Assembly: GCF_009834535.1 (NCBI RefSeq)
Contig: NC_045697.1
Location: forward strand, 56,298,001-56,362,000
Reading direction: 5' to 3'
Origin: Camelus ferus
Taxonomy: Eukaryota
Length of the DNA: 64,000 nucleotides
The translations under genes were made by a program, and so were the position numbers. A model generated the notes under the pieces. It saw only the letters and a program-made list of their open reading frames with translations. It was not told the origin of the DNA and did no database searches. Of the stretch, positions 55,245 through 64,000 are shown one piece after another; the first letter of the stretch is position 1, and every line of letters begins with the position of its first letter.

Positions 55245-57099
55245 TATAATATTGCTGGAATTTTTAATAGTAGAACAAAAAAATATGGTAACATATAACA
55301 TGTTGTAATTAAAGTATGAGGAATTTAGTTCTCATCCAAATACTACCAATTTCCAAGATTTGACATTGAGCAAATTATTCTTAATCTCAGTGTAATAATG
55401 TCTAAATTGAGTTAACATGGAGGGAGTATTTATATCAGATAAATGAGAAAATATTATAAATCTGTTTTCCCCACAAGAAGAGCCAATTGTTAAATATTTA
55501 CCATCACATCACTACGTATGTGATACTCTCACATCCATCCTTCACTGTGAAGTGGATGTTCTAGTTGCGTGATAAACTAGGTGGGATTATGTGTTCGAGT
55601 CTCACACATTCTAACCTTGTAATGCTGTCTGGGCTCCCTGGGTGGCAAAAGTAAACCACACCCAGAATAGGTATATGTACCTGAAAGATAAAATTCACTG
55701 ACCCTTACATGATGGAAGGAACCCAACAGAGTCACTACTCAGTGAATAGTGCCATAGTAGGTGCTCAGTGTTGGGTTTCAGGTGTTGAAAGGAGAGGCAG
55801 CATCCTTTAAATTACATTCAGACTATTGATTTACATGCGATGCCAAGAAAATGCATAGCTTATGATCTTTCAGATGTAGAAATCTGAAATAGTGCCAGGT
55901 TGTAAGAATTCTGGTTTTATTTTTTTCTCTTTGTTCATCTCAACCACTTAGATTAATAAATGTAATAGTAATAGTAAGATAAATTGAGATTATGAATCAT
56001 TTGGTCATATATTAAAAATTATATGGTAAAATGAACAGTCTAAATTGCACTTTCGTAAAATTCCAGTATTTCACAAACCACCAGGGTACTAACACCATTC
56101 ATTTCTCCCCAGAGCTATGAAAGGAACAATAGGTAAAAATGAAAAAAAAAAATCACTTCAAAATGTCTAAATAGAAAATTTGAAGTGATAGCTCTGAATC
56201 TATTTTACATATAAATTCTAAAGATGAATTTAGAATTAAATTCATTGACCTAATTACTGGGCCAAGTTTGTAATTAACTTAGAAACCGAGTATTATGTTT
56301 ACATATAAAAATTTAGCTGAAAATAAAGCTGTTAAGTAATATATTCTGGAAATAATTTCTCAGATCAAATAATTTATTAATTCCTTCAAAACTAAGAAAT
56401 TGGTTTATTTTATTCATTTCATAGTCACATATGAAACTAGCTGCTCAGGGAAAGAAAGATAATATTTTTAAAAAATAGGTGCTAAAGAAAAAAGGTAGAA
56501 CTGATTGGTTTCAGCTTTGAGGAAAAGCACGGTATGAAATATAATAAGTAAATAAGAATGACTTTACGTAAATAAGAATGACTGTTTTCACTGCATAGGG
56601 AAATATTTGATGATAGAAACTAAGACATTTAATTTTGGTACATATATGTTACTAAAGAGAATAACCACTGCCTTTATCAACAGTGAACAGTCTTATAATA
56701 AGCAAATTAATAAATAAATGAACTTCAAATTATATATGAGTGCAAATGGTACTTTTTATTTTTACCATTTATTTATTTGAGCACCAGTGATAATAAATAA
56801 TTCTCAAAATTGATTTAGCATTTTTGGTAAATTTTTATTACTATCTATTTCTTATTTATTTGTTGTCTTATTTTATTTCTCAATATGCATGAGATTTTAA
56901 TATATTAGACATGTGAACCATAAGTTACAGTTTTTGTAATATTTTCTACTAGGGTTTGTCTTTTAACTTTTTGTATGTTTTTGAGTTAACTAAGGTGGTA
57001 GATGACTCTCAGGTGTTTTGCTCATAGTTATTCAATTTTTAACCTGACCATTTATTTTCAGAGTCCTTGAGTATCTTGTATTTCTCTGCCTAAATTTAA

Positions 57100-57570
57100 C
57101 TATTGGTGTTTCTCAGGAATCTTTATTTTATGCCCTTCCTGGGTAGATATAAACTACACCCAACTTCAAGCTGTGACCAAGTGCTGATGACCCTCACATT
57201 TATAATATCAGCCCAAATACCTCCTGTACTCTAGCCAGATTCCTGCAAATTGCCATCTGTAGTCCCTTTATTCACCTCAAATAAAACAAGCCCCAAATTA
57301 CAGCTGTCGACATTTCCTACCCCCATAAATGTGCTTACCTAAAATTAACAGCAGTAGCCATCCAGTGTGAAAGGCTTGAACTTGTTTTATCTCAGATACT
57401 TTCTCTACACCCTCCTCTACCCAGATGTTATAAATGTCTCTTAAATCTGCCATTTCGTCTTCTCTCCATCTGCCAGAGCTCTTGTTCAGATGCCATTTCC
57501 TTTATCATTAAAAGACTGGTTTCCCTACAGTCTTTCAAACTTATCTTTGTAAAATTTCTATTCTAATCAT
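57100..57570 (+). mobile_element. L2 fragment
   Basis: tgctgatgaccctcacatttataatatcagccca...cacctcaaa...tcttaaatctgccatttcgtcttctctccatctgcca. Confidence 0.55.
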
Positions 57571-58503
57571 CATATTTTTTTCCACTTCTCAAATCAAATC
57601 TGAAGTGTTTGTTGAAAAATATAATTAAACTTAACCGTTAAGAAAATAATTCCAATCGGATTTTGAGAAATGTGCTCATTATTATTGGTCTTTGGTTATC
57701 ACTTAACTATCTGAATTTTAATAGTTGAATAAACCCTGTATTATTATGTTCAGTAGCATAAACAAATCTCTTCTGGAGTTAGGCATTTTTATGGCAGCAG
57801 CAACATTACAAATGTTTTTGATAAAACAATCTCACAATTAGACTGATACTCACATGTGTGGTTACATTTAAAATCAATGACGTTTGTAAAGCCTGTGCTA
57901 CTAAACAGTTATTCCAAATTCCTGACAGAAAACAGTAGATGATTATAAACAGCCAGACCTTGACATTATTAAATGATACATGAGACAGACATGCTAATCT
58001 AGCCTTTGACTTATCCATCATTTACCATCCAGAAGTCTCTTTTGAAGTGAAATTATAATTGTCTTACTTTAAAAAATGTGATTCTACACATAATTTTTCA
58101 TTAAAAAGACATTACCTTTTCAGAGAAATCACTAGAAAAGTTCATCTCTATTTGACTCCAGGTTGCAAGGATAAATAAAGCATGAACTGTTTATTTGGAT
58201 GTCAGTTAATTTTCCAAATCACCCTTCATCAAGAATTTAGGTTAAAAATTATTACCATTTATTTTTCTTTATAATATGTGAGGAAAGTCTATCTTTTTAT
58301 ATTGTGTGATAGCATATTTATTTCTCTATGCTATTTTATTTTACAGCAAGTGGAGTAATTGAAGATGTTAGAAATAGTGATGCTGGTTGTTATTCCAAGA
58401 GTAAGGATCAGAAAGAATGAAAGTTGAACACTGGGAAATTTCTCCAGCAATTCTGTACTAAATTTGCGGTTTGGGGGGACTGGTTCTCTTTCACTCTATG
58501 CAG

Positions 58504-58697
58504 GTGATTAAAGCGGTAGAGGAAGGCTACCGTCTGCCAAGCCCCATGGACTGTCCTGCTGCTCTCTACCAATTAATGCTGGATTGCTGGCAGAAAGACC
58601 GAAATAGCAGGCCCAAGTTTGATGAAATCGTTAGCATGTTGGACAAGCTGATTCGTAACCCAAGTAGCTTGAAGACACTGGTTAATGCATCGAGCAG
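58504..58697 (+). CDS. EPHA5: EPHA5 exon ~16, kinase C-terminus [18 protein letters not shown]...KTLVNASS(R)
   Basis: Acceptor ctctttcactctatgcag, donor AG|GTACAA. 194 nt, phase 0-2. Confidence 0.98.
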
Positions 58698-59986
58698 GTA
58701 CAAGGCCAGACCTGAGAGATTTTTTCTGGATATTGCTAATTCAGATTGATGACACAAATATCAAATTAGTGAAATTATTTTTACATACATGTGAGCCTAG
58801 GAACTTATATGACACTAATTTATATGAAAATAGTTTTTGCGTAATACTATTATTCTTTTATAATGAATGAAATAGAAATGATTAAATAATACTTAAAAGC
58901 ATCTATACCTGATCTAATAGTATAACTGACCAGTTAACTATAGACAAATTCAGGTAGCACTAAAAAAATATCCTCAAATGTGTGTAGTTTCAAGTGCTTT
59001 GGACCCCACGTAAGTTTGGTTAGGGGGAAATAAGATTATAAGATCATGGGAGAAAGCCAATTAAGCACTGATCCAATTTTAAACCAGAGGTATATAACAA
59101 CAATTACTCTGATTTTCTTAGAGTAGATTTCACTGCCTGTCATATTTTGTGAACACTGGCAACTCCTTTAGGGACCTTTTTTTCTTACTCAGCTGAGTCC
59201 AGATATTTGGATAATCATTTACCATGTAGTTTGAACAATACTTAAAACTGATAAATGAGTAATCTTGTTGAAAAAATTTATATGAGCAAATGAGCATTTT
59301 TTAAAATTTTCTGAATGCTTATGAATGTGTTTAAATAATCTTGCTTTATGTAAAGCATTCTTACCTTTTTTTACCTGAAAAATTACAAAACTGTCCTCTC
59401 AAAAAAATAGATCAGTTTGATTCTGTACCGATTTTTATTTTCACTATATTCAAGGCAATTGTCTATCTTTACAAGAAAAGGTATTCTGCTGGTAACTGAA
59501 TTGGCTGCCCATAGCATGAACTAAATAAGAAACAGTCTGTTTATAAAGTTACATAAGTTCTAGGATTCTGGTATAACATTTGTTCACTAGGCAAAAAGTC
59601 ATTTTTAAATACAAATGAGGAATGAATCTTCAACTTCTGTTCAAGCATCATTAACTTTCTGTGGTAGCAACTGGCAAATGCATCTTAGAGATCATTCCTT
59701 ATGTTGTTCCTGAAATAACTGCTTTTAAATTGTTTATTGTCATGTAAAATATTGTTTTTCTCTCATCTACTTGTTTGAATTATGTTAAGTTGTCACAAAT
59801 GGACATAAGGAAAGGAAATCATAAAAAGATACTTTTATGTTCTAAATTATATTAATTTATCTCAGCATCATCATTATAGCTTGAAAGCAGTTTAAAATCT
59901 CCAAAGAATTTTTATGTTTCCTTGTTTGCATTATATAGAATTCAGCTTGCTAGGATTCATTTAAACAGATTTAGCTTAAGACTCCA

Positions 59987-60138
59987 CAGTCACCCCTCTG
60001 TATCTGCAGAGATGGAAGGCAACTGTACTACATACACCATTTTATATAACGGACTTGAGCATCCATGGATTTTGGTATCCACGGGGTAGGGGAGCAGGCT
60101 CCTGGAACCAGTCCCCTGCAGATACTGAGTGAGGGCTG
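59987..60138. mobile_element. Short MER2-like TcMar-Tigger element
   Basis: Imperfect TIRs cagtcacccctctgtatctgcag and ctgcagatactgagtgagggctg, TA on the right flank, and internal ggacttgagcatccatggattttggtatcc. Confidence 0.85.
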
Positions 60139-60514
60139 TACCACTCGCTGACCCATCTTTATTCAGTCATCTACAAATCCTGGTTCTAGGTATTAGTTCC
60201 TGATTCATTGTCTCTTTCTTCCTATCCCTACCCATGTCACAAAACTAGATTTTTTGAGTAACCATGTAGATGACATTCATAAATCTCTCAATACCTTGAA
60301 TTTTCTTCTTTCAATGATTTTGGTCTCTAACCTACCTTAGTTAGACTCTCTTCTTCATAGTCATTTTCTAGATTTGGCTATTACCCAAGAAATTGCAACT
60401 CTTCTATAATCTCTACTTCAAGATCCTTTTCACTATTTCCTCCTGTATTTCTGTCTTCAACCAATCTTTAACTCCACTATTTAATGACTACAAATTACCA
60501 CACAATATCTACTT

Positions 60515-61450
60515 ATACATCCAATAAATATTCATGTGTCTACTCTGTGTCATGCTGTGCGCTAGGTGCTGAGTATATAGCATTGAGCAACACATAATTG
60601 GGGGTGAGAGAGATGAAGCAAACTAAAAGCAATACAAAACAAACTTTAGTTTTGGAGTAGAGAGTAAGAGTAGAATTTAGGAGGATAACTGTGGGCTAGG
60701 GTAGTTGTGCAGGTAAGACATGATGATGTCTCGAACTAAGGTGATGACAAACTAAATGGAGAAAAGTGCTCAGATTTGCAATATATTGGAGGCAGAATGG
60801 GTAGTACTCACAATGATGGATTGTGAGGGGATTGAAGACAAGGAAGGAGCTGACTGTTGTATCGTAGACTAGAAAGAGGAGCAGTTTAGGAGAAATTGGA
60901 TGTGGAGGAAATGAGTATTCTGACTTTGGACATGTTGTGATGCCAATCCTGTGAGAAATATGGAGTAAGCATATGAATGTACAAGAGAACGAAGCAGAAG
61001 ATGAAACTGGAGAAAAAGAGATGCTATTTGAAACATGAAAGTGTGTAAAACTGCCTAAAGTAGAGTGGAGTTATAGCCTGAGTAGAAAAGATGCAGGACC
61101 AAATCCTGGCCACCTCCAGATTTGAAAGTCAGGCCAAGAAGCAAGCAAAGGAGATTGAAGAGAAGCATACAATATTATGGTGGCCAAGAAAGAGAGAACA
61201 GTGATTCAAAAAAGACTGAGATAAGGTAAGATGTCAAGAGGGAGGTGGTAGGGGTGGTTGTGCAATGTCTCTGGGAGGTCAGTGAACTTACATATTGGAA
61301 AATTCTTCACAGATTTTGACAAAATAGAGGTCATTGCTCACCTTAACCAGAGCAATTTTTATAGAATTGGTTTGGAAGACAATACACTTGGAGTAGGTTG
61401 AAGTGTAAGTGGGATGTGAGAAAGTACAGAGAACATGAGTGCAGAGAAAG
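60515..61450 (-). mobile_element. L2 fragment
   Basis: catccaataaatattcatgtgtctactctgtgtcatgctgtgcgctaggtgctgag...tttggacatgttg...gaggtcattgctcaccttaaccagagcaatttt. Confidence 0.75.
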
Positions 61451-62246
61451 GTATTTTGTCCTGTATCTTGTGGTTGAAATGTACTTAAGTAAACTCGCAG
61501 CGATGGCCATTTAAATTACTTTTGATGTTTACTTTCATTAGTGAAAAAGTGTGCATGTGCTTTTTTGCCATTTTTCCTGATTATTTCCTTAGGATACATT
61601 TCCAGAAATCATCATCATCAATCATATCATATATAATTGACCAAAGAGTATAAATTTAGTATAGTTGAAAGCATTGCATGATTTGGTAAATTCCATTCCA
61701 TTTTCTTATATATTTGGAGTTACATTTTATTTTCCAGTTCTACTACTCCTAGGTGAATTAACAAGCACCCCTCTGTGTAAGAGCATAAAATAAAGGATAA
61801 CTAACTTCTGGTCTCCTAGGAAATTAGCTTAAATGAGCATGAGCTTCTCTAGTGAAGTCTAGAAACGATTGACTTTATACAAATTATCCTACGTATCTCT
61901 ATTTGGTAGCATTTTCTATATTATTTTTATAAAGAAAACAATAGGAGGATGTAAATATATCTAAGTCACTAGATGGAGTTTTTAGCTAATATTTTGTATG
62001 ACCAGAAATTTACTTATTAAAAGCTATTATATGTCTTCATTAACTATAGATAGAAAAAAATCTGAATAGACTTATTTTGTGTTCTGTATTTTGAATTATT
62101 TTTTCCTTGTTAGCATTTGTATATTTTTCTTCTATAAATGTGCTTTAAGGCTCAAAGATCTATTGGTTATGAGGTAATATTACAATATAATTTTTTAGGA
62201 AAAATTTAAAATGTTACTTTTAATATTTGTGTTTTATGTATTTTAG

Positions 62247-62402
62247 AGTATCTACTTTATTGGCAGAACATGGCCCACTGGGATCTGGGGCCTACAGATC
62301 AGTGGGTGAATGGCTAGAAGCAATCAAAATGGGCCGATATACAGAGATTTTCATGGAAAATGGATACAGTTCAATGGACGCTGTGGCTCAGGTGACCTTG
62401 GA
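62247..62402 (+). CDS. EPHA5: EPHA5 exon ~17, linker and SAM domain [51 protein letters not shown](E)
   Basis: Acceptor tatgtattttag, donor GA|GTGAGT. 156 nt, phase 2-2. Contains the Eph SAM motif [14 protein letters not shown]. Confidence 0.98.
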
Positions 62403-64000
62403 GTGAGTAATTTTTTCTGATAATTTTTACATAATTGCTGGGGCGAGAAAACTTGTTCAGAAACCAATCTGGATGAGGTCAAGGGAAATCGGTTAACCTT
62501 TGTCCCCATGTGGCAGCTTTCAAAGAAGCCTCTTTATTTTTAGCCTGTATTGTTAACAACTGCATGGTTTAATGCTACTTGTGGCCAGTATCTTTGCTGC
62601 TTTGCTTCAAACAAATCACATTTGAGTATTCAAATAATTGGAATAACATCTCCTTGGCAAAATACTTGTACTTTGTGTTGTGGAAAAGATGTTTTCTTGA
62701 CAAAGTCTTTATACTGGAACCTATGTTACATGAATGTAAATACAAAATAAAACTGTAAGCACAATTGGTGTGGCTAGCCCTACAACAAAACACGTTCTCA
62801 AAGTTTGGCAATGATGGATACCCAGGCAACAGCAGCTTAAATAAAGCTTCCCAGGCAGGAATCTTGTTTACTCTCTAAATGGTGCAACTTATATTCTTGC
62901 AGTCCAAGGATATATTAAATCCTGCCTCTGATTTCTTATTTGGTACAATCTCAGTGGAACCAATTGTGCCCTTTTCTGTTTGCACGCTTAAGATAAAATT
63001 TATTAAATCTTATTAAATAAAAATCACTATAGTTAAAAATGGAATTCTTTAAGGTTGTAAGTTGTTTGTATTTTATTATATAATCTGTATGTGTAATTAT
63101 TTTAGCCTAATATTTGTTATTTGTGAAAATTAACTGTCATTATGGTGGTTAAATCTAGATTACATTAACATGAATGATGTTTTAACCTGTGACTATAATG
63201 ATAACTTACTTCAAATTACCTACCAATTCAAAGGTTAAAATATTGTTGTAAGGTTTAAAACATGGTAGAACATTCTAAAGCACTAAACCACAGTCCTCTT
63301 CCATTACTTCGCATCATATGAACACTTGAATGTGTGGTTCTCACCGTTTCCATCATGGCATTCTCTGGTTCTTTGAATTCACTGCCCATCCACACAAAAG
63401 GTAACAGGGTACCATCATTTATCACCAAATAATGTCACATTCTCAGCATTTCTCTTCTTTCTTTCTATAACTAAAAGGATCTAAAATCACCACTCAGCTT
63501 GCTGTCTTAATTTATTGAATCTCATTTTCACCATCATCACTAAATCATATCTATTTGGTGACACATATACTTTGCCCATTATTTCTCTGGACACTCAAAA
63601 ACTCGTTTGTGCTCTATTTAAAATAGTAAACAGAAAATTTTACTGATAATTTAAAACTATTTTTACATGATTGCTATTTAATTTTTCAGTAAAAAATGGT
63701 CATTTTAATTTATTAAAGTCATTTGTCATTTTATATTAAAATGATACTGTAGGTATTTCTTCTACCCGATGTCAGATTACTTGTAAATATATAATAAAAT
63801 TATTTGCATTAAACTATGTTTCTTTTTTTATTAAAATAGCACATATACATATATATGTTTATATCATTACTTTTTAGCTTCTCCCTACACAGAATAGTTA
63901 TAATCACCAATAATGGTTTTTTCATTAACTACCTGTCCTACTTTCTTTGGGGGCCCAAAATACTATAAATGTGTTGAATATTTTAGAATTATGGTTTCAG

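Noticed and set aside
56214..56245. Overlapping 9-bp inverted repeats
   Set aside because: AT-only-rich short stems are expected by chance at this base composition.

Overview
AT-rich mammalian genomic DNA lying inside the EPHA5 (ephrin type-A receptor 5) gene, on the + strand. The window starts in the long intron after the transmembrane exon, which is not present. It contains nine GT-AG exons with compatible phases (about exons 9-17, numbered by analogy to human EPHA5). They encode the Cys-rich juxtamembrane cassette, the juxtamembrane tyrosines, the whole tyrosine kinase domain and most of the SAM domain; the last exon lies beyond the window. The introns hold typical mammalian repeats: L1, L2, MIR, ERV LTRs, MER5/MER58/MER2 DNA transposons and microsatellites. 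Two tRNA-derived SINEs resemble camelid vic-1, suggesting a camel, alpaca or llama genome (inference). The most notable signal is the 75 nt just upstream of exon 10: an open, in-frame alternative-acceptor extension whose peptide is homologous to the exon 9 cassette, with mostly synonymous differences at the shared residues. Also notable is an L1 insertion with a 5' inversion and a probable 3' transduction inside a perfect 15-bp TSD. No prokaryotic-type systems are present. Repeat family names come from recalled consensus sequences, and boundaries of old repeats are approximate.
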